Positions 41,601 to 53,800 of a DNA stretch of 64,000 nucleotides are shown piece by piece (the stretch's first letter is position 1; the number at the start of each line of letters is the position of its first letter). The stretch lies in NCBI GenBank assembly GCA_900088475.1, contig FLMG01003022.1, positions 1 through 64,000 on the forward strand, written 5' to 3'. The notes under the pieces are model-generated. The model ran no database searches. It had not been told where the DNA came from and saw only the letters and a program-made list of their open reading frames with translations. Both the position numbers and the translations under genes were made by a program. Origin of the DNA: Hyphochytrium catenoides. Lineage: Eukaryota > Protista > Hyphochytriomycota.

Positions 41601-44600
41601 TCCTCTTATACTGCAGACAAAATAGTCGAGCTCAGTGACAACTTCAAGCTTTATTTGACCTCAAGGCTGGCCAACCCGCACTTTCTTCCGGAGATTCAAT
41701 CTCAAGCCACGGTCATTGACTTTACTGTCACCGTTCGAGGACTTGAGGAACAGCTGCTGGCCAAAGTTATACAGCAAGAGCAGAGGTACTACATCTAATA
41801 TGGCCTAATACCGCTCCTCTCTCTCTCTGTCAGTTTCCTTCAGTATCGTCATGTTTTGGCTGCTGTTCGTTTGTTGAACTTAGCCCTAAATCACTATGTG
41901 GCATGCCCTTCTCCCGTCCTCTTATCTTACACTCCTCTTTACTAATGTACCTTACCATCCCGTCCTCTTATCTTACACGCCACCTGTATTTAATCTCCAG
42001 ATCTCTTGAGGAACAGCTTGCCTTCGTCCAACAGGACCTCAACAACAATACCCGAGCGTTATTGCAGCTTGACTCTATGCTGCTAGAAAGACTGACGGCT
42101 AACGCTGGTAATTTGCTGGATGACATTGAGCTAATTGGAGTGCTTAAGGACACGAAGACGAAAGCCACAGATGTCAAAGAAAAACTCAAGGCAGCCGTTG
42201 CAATGCGGACGAGGTAAAGGATAGAAGACAGAGTCGTCGCAAAGGTTTTGTATTGTTTGGAACTAGGTTTGGCTGTTCGGTTCTTTCTAGCGCCGTTAAG
42301 AGTATTCTTTGCTTTCTTTGTCGACATAGACATTGGAATTACTTTATCCGTTGTTCTTACCGCTCCATCTGCCCATGCTTCCTCCACTTTCTGGCTCCAA
42401 ATGGTGTTTATGTTCTTATGCTTTTGCCTCGTCTTCAAATAGCATCAACGAGAAGAGAGAACAATACCGGCCTGTTGCGACTAGAGGCTCCATCCTTTAC
42501 TTTGCCCTGATAGAGATAAGCAAGCTCAACGTTATGTACCAGATCTCCCTAGATCAGGTTAGTCGAGTAGAGGAGGAAGGCGACGGCGAACAACAATTAA
42601 TTTCTGTCTATCACGATAACTCAGCTGAACCGCTTTCTATAGTTTCTAGGGCTGTTCGACATCGCGGTAGAGGGTGCTGAAAAGTCGCTGGTTGTTTGGA
42701 AGAGGATCTGTTCGATCATCGAAACCCTGACATATTCGACGTATAGATATGTCTGTCGTGGCCTCTACTCCCGTCACAGGACTACTTTCAGTCTCATTCT
42801 CCTCTTCAAGCTCTTCCAGTCGGCAGGAAGCATCAACGCACAAGACATAGAGGTCTTTCTCAAGGTACGTTTAACTGTCGAGGGTCAATCAATTGGTTCT
42901 TCGTAGGGGTGTCCTGTTCTATGTTTTATGTCCTTGCTAGCCCATTATTGTCTACTGCCAATTGCCCTTCCGGGCTTCTACATCATATTCTCACATCCTT
43001 CTGATGCTTCCTGCAGGCTGGCCGCGGGGTTGATCCTTCAAGAAGCAAGCGCTTCAGCTGGATGAGCAACTCATCATGGGCTAACTTGGTGGCGCTTTCA
43101 GAGAGTGGAGAGCCAGTAATCGCTAACCTCCTACAGGACATCGAAGAGAGAGAGAGTGAGTGGCAGTCTTGGTACGAGGACAATGAGCCCGAGAAACGTG
43201 CGCTACCCGATTACGAACAGCGTCTCACAGGACAGAGGGTAAGGATCTTGCTATACTCCAAGACAGAGACCTATTCCTCGCCCGTCGACATGGTCCACTT
43301 CAATCGTTGTTGGTGCATCTTGTAAAAGGGAGTAGATGTCGAGATGAGACGAGGGCAAGGTTCATTAGTTAGTGGGCTACGTTGAGATAACACGCAACGT
43401 TGGGTTTAGAAGGACGCTAAAGTGTCCTAGGAAGGCTTTGTTCTCTAGGCTTAGCGGGAGAGGGTTATGGAACTATTTGACGAAAGAAATATACCTAGAC
43501 TCTGCGTGGTCCCTAGTAACAGGCGACATGAGAGTAGGAAATACCGGACTCTGACACTGGACATCCGCAGGGGACTTTTTATCACTTCTTACTCGTACGG
43601 TCGTTAAGAGAGGATCGGACCATCCTGGCGGCTTTAGAACTCATCCGCAACACCACGACCATCTCATACCAAGAACTTCAGGGTGTCCCAGGTCTCGGTC
43701 CCAAATTCTTGGAGCCAGTCAATGACTCTATCGAAACGACGCTGAACGGGATGACACATTTGGAGCCCGTGATCTTCCTTTTGTCGCCTGGGGCTGACCC
43801 TACAGGTGGAGTTCGCTCTTACAAAGATTGGCTGCTGGAAGTACAGGGGCCCACACCCACCTATCGCTCTTCCCTTTCCCGACTTGCTTCTAAATGCTCA
43901 GCTCCTGTCCTCCAGTATCCCTTCAGCGCAAGTCTTCCCCCAAAGACTAATCATCACCACCACTGACCTTTACGTCCAACTAGATGCGATAGAATCCATT
44001 GCACGGAAGCGCAAGCAAGCCATTGACTGCATTTCTGTGGGGGAAGGCCAGGAGTCCCTGGTGCTGAAGGTAATCCGCCTTGCACCTTTCATCGCGCGAG
44101 AGCTTTCGTCCATTACTGCTTCCACATTATCTGATGTGCCAGTCTCATACTGCCTGGCTTTGGGCGATTCCCTCTACTTTTCCTTCCCTTATCCTGCTGA
44201 AAGCTGACCGCAGTATCCATCACTTAGCTCTCTGATCTGATAGCTTACGCCTTGTCCTCTCGGCTCATCTGTAGGCCATCAATTCAGGCGCACTGAATGG
44301 CTCCTGGGTGCTTCTTCAGAACTGTCACCTGGCCATAAAGTTCTTAGAGCACCTGGAGGTTGTGCTTGGCCGTCTAAAACCGACCTGCAATCCGGGCTTT
44401 AGACTCCTCATCACATGCGAGCCCCATCCTCAGTTTCCGGTATCCCTCCTACACATGTCCATCAAGGTACATTAAGCCTGCGACATTCGGCTCTCTCTGT
44501 CCCTCCATACTCCTTATCTGGGTGCACTATCTCTGCCTTAGCGGCAACCCTTTACTCAAATGGCCCCACTATCACCTATGCTGGTCTTTCCTAAAGTTTT

Positions 44601-47331
44601 TCCGTGTTTTCTCTCTCTGATTTCACCTCCATCTCTGTAGGTGACAAATGAGAACCCGGCAGGCTTGAAGGCATGTCTTCTGCGATCCTTCTCGGACATA
44701 GTAGACCAGGATCGTCTGGATCGGGTGGATAGTTCCCTTTGGAGAAAGCTGCTTTACGGACTCTCGTTCCTCCATGCCATTGTACAGGTCTGGGACTGGA
44801 CAAGCTTCTTTCATACTCCCGATAACCAAGAATCCTGCTATCTCGCCAAAACCCTGGCACCATCTTCTCACTACTGTTTGTGTGCTACTTTCTTCAACTG
44901 GAAGTGTTCCTGCAATGTGTAGGTCTTCCACCTTCGTCGTCCTCCATTTGTTCCTTGCGTTAGTTAGGTCCCTTGTGTTAAGAGTATCTAGCAACTTTTC
45001 GTTAGTACCTTCATTGCCTGACATCCTGACTTCAGGAGAGAAGAAAGTACGGCGCTATTGGCTGGACTGTACCTTATGAGTTCAATAACAGCGATCTGAC
45101 AGCTGGACTGGAGTTTTTGGAGAGAACTATCATCCCCTCTGGCTCAGTACCGTGGGGAACTCTTCAATACATGGTAGGCCAACAGACAGAAATCAGCTTT
45201 GAAGGGAACGGGGGAGAGAGAGAACAAGGAGGCTGTATTGAGGAGGTTGCGTTTCTCATTCGCTTCCTTTCGGGTAGCAAGCAACTATCATACGTTTCTA
45301 CCCGCACAGATTAGTTTACTTTACCTTTCGTCTTTTCTTGTCTCACTGACGTGATTTTTACCATGGTCAGCTGTCCGATGTCCATTACGGGGGCAAGATA
45401 GTTGACAAGACGGACGCTCGCCTCTTTCTCGCGTACACGGAGCAGTGGCTGCGCCCGGAGATCCTCCATTCCGCTTTCTCGTTCAGCCCAGAGAAGGTGC
45501 TGGGGAAGATCCCTGAGGATTTTATGTACAAAGCGCCAGATGCCCAGGACGTGGAGGAATATATCCGATACATTCAATCGTTTCCAGAGGTACAGAGAGA
45601 GAGAGAGAGATGTTCTCTTCACTATTCTTTGTGGGGCAAGAAGATGTATTGGTCCAACCTCGTCGGAAATGAGCTTCTGAATACTTAAGCTTTCCAACCC
45701 ATTCCTCTTTATTGATTGCTTGGCTTTTCCATGTTCTGCATGCTGCCATCAAGAAGTCAAGGTCATCTATGTACTCGAGTTCTTGCTTCTTGGCGTGGCT
45801 TCTGCCTTGCCTTGCTGTCCCCTCTCCACTCCGCACTAACTCTGTACCTCTAGACTGACTCTCCCGAGATCTTTGGTTTACATCCGAATGCGGACCTCTC
45901 GCATCGAGTGAGAGACTCGTCACGACTGATTCAGAGCTTGATAGACATCCAACCAAAAGTGGGACAAGGAGTTGCTAGCTCTTCGAGGGACGAAATAGTC
46001 CTTCAGACAGTGGATAATTTGCTGAAAGCCTTGCCATCCCCTCTCAGCCATTCCGAGATTATGATGGTAAGAAGTGAGGAGTTAGAGACACTATTAGTCT
46101 CTCTTTATGCAGCTCCTCTTCTGGAATTCATTCCCCCTCTTCACATGAAGGTGGCTCAGCACCCTGCCTTACCCTTCACTAGGCTCTCGAAAGACAAGGG
46201 GGATTCCTTCTGCCTCTGAATATATTCCTGGCCCAAGAGGTGGAGGTGCTGAGGAAAATTATTGAGGTGGCATCCTCGTCTCTCCTAACGATTAAAAAGA
46301 CCTTCACTGGGGAGATTCTTCGAACTCCAGAACTTGGGCTCGCCATGGATGAAATCTATGATGGAAGACCACCTAGTCTATGGACGAAAGCAAGAAACGG
46401 AGATGAGTTGAGCTGGACGAGCAGCTCTTTAAGCTCTTGGTTCTCAAGTTTGCTAAAGAGAGAAGCGCAGCTACAGAAATGGCTCATCCACGGAAGGCCA
46501 GCCAGTTACTGGTTAGGAGGGTTCCGCAATCCACAGGTAACTTCATTAGAGTATGGTTGCTCTGTGATTAACATCCTGCTCGCGATGGCCAGTTCGGTCC
46601 TCTCCTGAGTCTCCAACTTTTCCTTATGCTGATCTGGACCTCATCGGGGCAGTGGCGGCTAACAACTCTTTATTTACTAGGGCCTACTCACGGCAGCCCG
46701 ACAAGAAGGAGCAAGGAACCACAAAGCCGAAAAGTGGACTCTAGATGAGACTGCATTGCAGTATGAAGTCCAGCACGCTGGGCCGAAAGAGAAAGAAGAA
46801 GCCAAAGCAATCGTCAAAGAAGGCATCCTTATCCAAGGATTATTTATTGAAGGTGCTGCCTGGTGCATGTAAGTATACGCGTCATGGAAACTGCGGGACC
46901 CGGTCTGGGCTCCTATCAGCTTCACTGCTTTGCACAAATTTCCCTCGCATACTTCCACTTCCGTCTTCGCTTTTATTTTTGCGCTCTTTTTCTATAACAC
47001 TTTCTTCGCTCGTTTGAAGAGGTAATTTCACTCTATGTGGACGCCTAAATAACTCTTATCCTGTCTTTTGTCGTGCTGCAGAGACCGCAACTGTCTAATG
47101 GACTCTAAGCCAAAGGTTCTATTCGAGGAGATGCCCCTCATTCATGCGACAGCAGTGGTCAAATCTCAGCAGAGAAAGTCCAGAATTGAGGTCTACGAAT
47201 GTCCACTCTACAAAGACAGCAGCAGAACTGCAAGCTCCTTTATTGTTCCCATCGAATTGCCCGCGGGTGACGTACGACCAAGCTACTGGACCCTGAGAGG
47301 TGTAGCACTTCTTTGTTCCAATGAGTTCTAG
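20696..47331 (+). CDS. Axonemal dynein heavy chain, outer-arm gamma type (DNAH5/DNAH8-like), ~60 exons
   Basis: Tail motifs [46 protein letters not shown]. Linker [24 protein letters not shown]1 [35 protein letters not shown]2 [39 protein letters not shown]3 GPNGS|GKS; AAA4 GTSGSGRKS. Stalk/MTBD region, [26 protein letters not shown], and C-terminal [11 protein letters not shown]. Confidence 0.96.
31614..31675. other. Assembly gap (62 N) inside the dynein AAA1 coding region
   Basis: N run between ...KLGPGGC and TGKTET. Confidence 1.
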
Positions 47332-47841
47332 GTTCACATGTTACAGCACAGAGAAGCGCTTGGTCGGTCGAAGGAGTTCCCTTAGATCACAATCAATAGG
47401 GATTCTTAACCTAGCCACGGATTATAAATAGTCAGGTTTAGTTTATTTTTCTCTTACAACTCCGGGTAATCGCTTACATGGTAGACACCCTGCCAATAGA
47501 GGTCGAGAAGGAATGAGATGTCCAGATGCAAAAGGCATTTATTGGAGAGGGAGGAAGATGGGAAATGAGACTGAAACCCGTTGGAGAAAGGAGTAGGAAT
47601 AACAAGCTAAGAAAGGGACATGCACACACGACACCCTTCTCCAGCAGTCCCGCGCGGACAGTTGTGGGCTCTGGTTAATTGGAGCGTTCTGTACTATACA
47701 TAATCTAATTAAAAAAGCAGTAGGTAGACCGATGTCTCGTCCTTATTCTACTCTGCTCCTGTTTAGTAGGCTTTTCTGTCACAAAGGCTGGTTCACAAAA
47801 GAGACAACCATTGTCCGTACCATCAGAAGATCTACTCGCTC

Positions 47842-49799
47842 TCATAAGGCAGGGTCTACATCTATTTCAGGAGTTACGTAGACCTTGGATCTGCTGAACA
47901 CCCTGATTGCCTCCTCGACCTCCTGCAGCTTAGCATCCAGCACGTTCTTTCTTCTTATTTGTCCCGGAGTCTCAATCCGGAGGGGCAGCTTGTTGATCTG
48001 CAGTCGTATCTCTTCTAAGCGTATCTAAAGAGTTAAGGTCTATCCGGGATGATGACTAAAGAAGCCAGGTGACTGGAGGAAGGAGAGAGGATATTCACGG
48101 GAATGCCGATGACAGAGTGGAAGCAAGGAAGGTTCAGGCAGTCCGAAGGAAGGAGACAATATGCCGAGGCATAAGACATGGATGTGCTGCCTTCCACAGG
48201 GGGTCAAAACCTATGCATTAAAATGAAAGTCAAGGACGAAGAGAATAGTAGAGTTGACAAAGGTCTCCAGATTGGCAATTCAGACGGTCAGAGAAGGATA
48301 TTGTCCTCAAGGGCTTTGAGTGTGTTGAGCCTCTCCTCTTCCTTCATTCGGACCATTCCTGGAGGGCAATCCGGATCCTCATCCCTCTTTCTTCTCTCTT
48401 CCTCCTCAAGCGCTCGCTACCAGGGATTCAGAAGTATAAGCGCTGAAACAGAGCGTCCCGTAAGAACAAGAATATTCCATTTTACCTGCTCCTTCAGTCT
48501 AAGAAGATATTCGGGGACTTTCCCAAAGTTGGGGTGCTTTCTTTCCCGTAACACCGCTTCAGGCTGCGGTGGTCGCATTTTGGTGGCCTCGTAGGCATTG
48601 CCAAAAATAAAGTTAACTGGCTCCTTGGACATCTGAAGACCAACAAAGCTCGTTCAGCTAGGGACGAAGCAAAATCACTAGTCATGTGAGGACTCAGATC
48701 TACAGGATATGAGTGAAGGGGAGATGGTAGTGTCCGGGGAACTGAAGCAACATCGGTGTGAGTGGGAGCTACGATACCAAGAACTTCAACTCTTGGTCTC
48801 TCCTCCTTAGCTCATCCAAAGTAGGAGTGGGTTCTTTCTTGTGTTTCTCAGAGGGACTGCCAGCCCCTGTCCTTGCAGACATAGAATTTGGCCTTTGAAG
48901 TGGTGATCTGACGCTCCTCTCACTCCTTTGTGAGGTAGCACTGCGTGGCCTGGCCCCACCTTCCCCTTTTCGAAGAAATTCATGCCGGGCAGATTCTTCT
49001 GATTTCTAGAGCGGATGGTTGGTGACCCTTGACCATTAGACATCGGTGTATTCTTTAACCTACCTTAGCTGTCGCGTCAAGAGCCCGGGACGAAACATTG
49101 GCGAACCTGGACAGCTTAAAGGGCTGCTTTCCGGGCTGGGCCTACCAGTAGAGTAGCAGAAACAGTATTTAAGAGAAAGAGAATATAGCAGTCTCAGACC
49201 ACAGCCAGAACAAAGGAAAGAGTGTTACGAGTGCATGGATAGGAAAGGGAAGACGGACTAAGATTGACGGGCTTTAGCCAGCTCAGTGCAGAGGGATGTT
49301 ACACATTAAGAAGACAAGATCAGAACAAGGCGGTTGAGCGAGAGAGGCGAACAAAGAAGGAGCTCTTAGGAGTCCGATAGAATAGTTTGCGCCTTGAAGG
49401 GCACCTGTTCAAGAAGCCTTTGCCGATTCTGATTCTGGATTTCTTTGAGCACCAACCGATTAAGCCGCTCGTGGTCCTTTGGGCGAATCCCCTTCCGCAT
49501 CATTTCATCTCTACATCGGAGGGTATCGGTCAGGCAAGAAAGAACCTCACTGTGTCTCAACTCCTGCGTAAATGTGGCTGCCAGAGGCCCAAACCGCCAT
49601 GTCGCTCTCGATCTCTTCTCCGTCGGCACAACGAACGCTTTTTCTACCAATCAATGGCAGGACAAAGCCAAAAGAGAACGCCGCCCCTACTACGTTCCAC
49701 TTTTGTGCCCAGAACTGACCTGTAGCCCCTCGCGGGATTGAGAATGGAGGCGACAGCCTGCCCTCCAAGCTGACTCCTTGCCTTTTGCTTCTTCTCCAT
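47842..49799 (-). CDS. ENKD1: Enkurin domain-containing protein (ENKD1-like)
   Basis: Exon 1 MEKKQKARSQ...NPARGY splices to RDEMMRKGIRPKDHERLNRLVLKEIQ (ENKD1-like KDHExxN motif). Also HPNFGKVPEYLLRLK, DPDCPPGMVRMKEEERLNTL, and KLPLRIET...RKNVLDAKLQEVEEAIRVFSRSKVYV (enkurin domain). Stop TGA at 47844-47842. Confidence 0.88.
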
Positions 49800-50824
49800 G
49801 GGTTTCGATACCTTGGCCCAATCAATGTGAGATGATCAGCCCACGAAAGGCGGCCGATGAAAGGAGGTTGAAGGTACAAAGGGTAAGAGACCAGAGATGG
49901 TCGAAAAAAGGGTCCACTTCCGAAGCTAAGACGGCCCGGCTCTGCCTTTGGCATCCACCTGTGAGGTTTGGGCTCTATAGCCCCCACCTTTCTCTTACCT
50001 TTATCTCTGCCCTAGCTGTCGTTAGATGGCTTCTCAAACTGTATCTCCTCACAGAACCTCTTTGGTGGCAGTGACCCACTACTGAGGAGCCACTACTGAT
50101 CCTCACCAGCGAGGCAGATCGTCAGCTAGCGGAGGTGGACAAGGTGACTGTTACTTAGAGGCACGAGGAAACAGGCCGCAGAAGGGCGACCGAGTGAGAA
50201 AGAGGAGGAGAGAGGAGAGAGAGAGCGCGGACAACAGAGGTAGGGATATGTGAAGTGGGAAGCCTGGTGCGGGCCAAGGCGCGAATCGAGAGGCGAGCGA
50301 GACGGAGAGGCGACGCGCCGATGCGCCGGAGCAGCAGGAGGAAGGGCAGAGGCAGGAGCGGGGACGGTGGTGCTGCTGACAATTTGAAACGAAACGGTGT
50401 GGCCCACATCGCGTACAACCACCGCACAGCCTCGCTCTATTCATAATAACCTACACTCCCTCGAAAATATGTTCTGTGCATGTCAGGACTGGAAACCTTT
50501 TCAGGCCGCGTTCCAAATAGAGCTCGCACTATTTCGGATACGCTCTTACCTACAACGTACACGTACGCTGCACAGTCCTGGGCCTGACCTTGCGAATCCT
50601 CTCTCATACTTTAGGCTCTGCATCATCATCATCGGCTCCTTCTCAGCGCCAAATCTTAGAAGATCTCCTTCAGACTTCAGGGCAGTCTTCTCCGTTTATC
50701 TCTGAAGACCCTGCTGGTCATTGTCAGGAAGACTGTCTGGCCGGTCCGCTGAAGGTCACGGTGTACGATGTGCCGCGGCGTGTGTGGTGCCTGTTAGTGT
50801 GAGGCATGCTGTGGGAGTGGGACA

Positions 50825-53800
50825 ATGACCACCGCTTTTGGAGTGCCCAGCTCTTATATCTGCGGGACCGTAGGTCCTTCAGACACTTCGCCTCCCGGCG
50901 CCGGGCTAGCCTTTGACAGCAAGGGAGATTACCTTGCCATCTGTACCAATGACGACGTTCGCATCTGGTCAGGTGGGAAGAACAAGATCCCTTTGGGGCA
51001 TTGTGCCACGGTCAGGTAAGAGAAGCTTACCGGCAAATAGGTGCAGTCAGGGGATCGAAGAGCTTCTGATTCTCTATCTTAGGGATGGGCCTCCTCGCCT
51101 GGCAGCGACTACCACGTTGCCCCTTAGGGTGGAAGCGCTTTGGGCAGCTAACACTGAACTTTTGCTAGTGCTGCACAGTGGAAAGGATGTCTGCAGTCTG
51201 CACGGCTACACCGTGAAGGTGAGGAAGCTTGACGACACCCTCAGAAGCGTCTATCCTCAACTAACTGTTGGTATCCCTCTCGCCTTACCTTGTTTGTCCT
51301 TGGTGCTGATGCCCTTGGATTCAAATAGAGGACCGAGTACACAGTCAGTCTTGATCTTCCTAGTTGGTTGGAGGCCGCTCCGGAGAGTCTTTCTGCACCG
51401 AACCTTCTCTACCAGGTGGAAGTACATCATAGTCGAAATTTCTTTCCCCAACATTCTTCTCTTTCCCTCACGGGAGGACCTACAAGTTTATGCGAGTACA
51501 AGGAGGATAAGCTTGTAGTCGGATGCCAGGATGGCTCCGTCCTGTTCATGTCCTTTGACGGGCAGGTCCTTCAGCGGATTATGTTCCACAGCCCTCTCCC
51601 TGATACACAGCCCAGCCTAAGCTCTTCTCAGACTCTGCCAGATCCCCTCTTGCTGGAAACCAAAAGGTTTGTGGGGATGGTTTTGTCACAGTTCAGGGGA
51701 GGACCTCTCTCTCTACCATTGCAAGGCAGCCCCTTATTGCCATTCCAACCATTGAATCTTTGCAAATGACGTAGAGGACGTTCTGCTGTTAAGAGCCTAG
51801 CCGTAGCTAGGAAGCTAACCCACTTCCCTGTCTGCCAGCTACTTATATGTGTTTGGTCTACTTCTCCTTCCCTTGCTCCGCGGACTCGTATCTCAACCCT
51901 GTTGCGCATGGGCTCACTCTTACCTTCCCCTCATCCTCCCTTTGAACAATATTATCTCCAGTTTCGATGGCGAGACGCGCAGTCACAGGAGCCGATCCCG
52001 CTCAGCATCTACTCCGATCATCACGAAAGCTTGTGTCGCATGTGCCTACTCTTCAAAATTCTCTCTCCTCTCCTCCCTCTATGAAGACGGCAGCTGCATT
52101 ATCACTAACGTGAAGAAGCTTCTCCATCAAGGCCCTCCTCGAGCTGTAACCATATGCAAGGGCTATGGAGAAGAGAGAAGTGTTACTGCGGTCTCATTCT
52201 GTGACAAGCAGGCGATCATGGCATTGGGAAGACTTAATGGCTCCGTTTCGCTTTACCTTGTAAGAAGCGAGGGAGGAGGGGACAGAGGAGGACTAGAGAG
52301 CAAAGTGGACGGAGAGGAGGACTACATGTGGTCCTTGCACCACACTATCGATCTAACGATGGCTCTCTGGGGATTTCCTGGCACCGAGCTCGGAGCTGTG
52401 AGGACAATGGCGTGGGACACAACGGAGGGGTCCCTTGCTGTCGGCTATGAGCGCCGTGGTTTAGTTGTCTGGGACTCTTCGGGATGCAGATTGATGACCA
52501 CGCTGCCTCAGGTAGGATACTTGGCTCTAGTTGCTTCAATGCATTATGCCCTTCATCTCTTCAATTGGTTCAGTCAATATTCTTTTTGCCACTCTCGAGC
52601 GTCACCGAATTGTAAACCTTATTTCAAATGGCTCTCGGTTCGCCGTCTACCACCATGTCTGCTTCTTGCTCGGCCAAGCCGTTGTTCGCGACCCGCAAAT
52701 GTCACTTATACCTGTCCATTGCTATTAGGCACGTCCACGCCCGCGCTATGTATCCTATCTTATACCTTCATACCTTGCAACCACCATTGCTATCTTTGAA
52801 CTACTGATCAGGTGTACGGGGAGAGCACAAAAGGAGATTCGGAGCAGTTCCTCCACGGCGTCCTAGCACTGGCCTGGAACCGCAGGGATTCATCTCTCTG
52901 TGGCATCTCTTCTCCTTTTCCGCATGAAGAGGCCCTTCGTTTATCTCTTATGAGGTTTAGAAGAGGAAGCAAATCCTCTGTTGGCACTAATGAGACTGCG
53001 ATACCAACCGATCTTTTGGGACTTGCTGGCTCTGCAACGGGTACTCTCTCTTCTGGACAGTGGGACGGAGAGGGCAAGCGGTCTGAGTCTATAAGCTCTC
53101 TTCCTCCGTCTCCGGATCGCTTACCTTCCACCGCTGGTAGCCTTGATTCTTTGCAGGCTGGACGGCGAAAGGACATTGAGCGCTACCTTTCGGACTTAAT
53201 GTATGAATGCACTATCATGAAGACTGACAAAGGTTTAGGACTGCACCTTCAGTCTACAGCTGAGGAGCGAGTTTGCTGGATTCACCTTGAACATCCATTC
53301 TCCCCCCTTGCTGACGGCAGTAAAGGACCAGCGGAGCTGCTTGGACTAATCCACAAGGGAGACATTCTGTGGTCAATCAACGGTAGAAAGGAAGAATACC
53401 CGTCTCAACTCCTCCCTACATAATTGCTAAGTTTCATTGCTTGATTCTCTCTCTCTCTCTATCTTGTCGAGATGTTCTAGAGACTCTGACAACCTTAGTC
53501 AAGTGATCTGTCAGTACTCTGTACCGCCTCTTTATGTTCCCTCACCCTTTGCTATGCATCAACCGTCCATTCTAAAAGTTGCAAAATTCATGTGATACTT
53601 CGGTAGGGAAGTGTGTTCTGGGACTCAAGCTGAAGGATGTGGTGCAATTTCTGCGGCATGCTCCCAGTGGAGAACTATCCCTCCGCTTGGTCCTTGGAGA
53701 CTATGACGCACTCTTTGATATCGCTCTCTTTATCGTCAGTCATCTTGGGCTAAACTAGTAAGTAAATTCTGTTGCGCTCATTCCCTAGTTCTGTGTGTGG

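Noticed and set aside
20696-47331. Many short ORFs ending in stops, suggesting a pseudogene or alternative genetic code
   Set aside because: Wherever checked, the stops fall inside introns and the exons splice in frame under the standard code.
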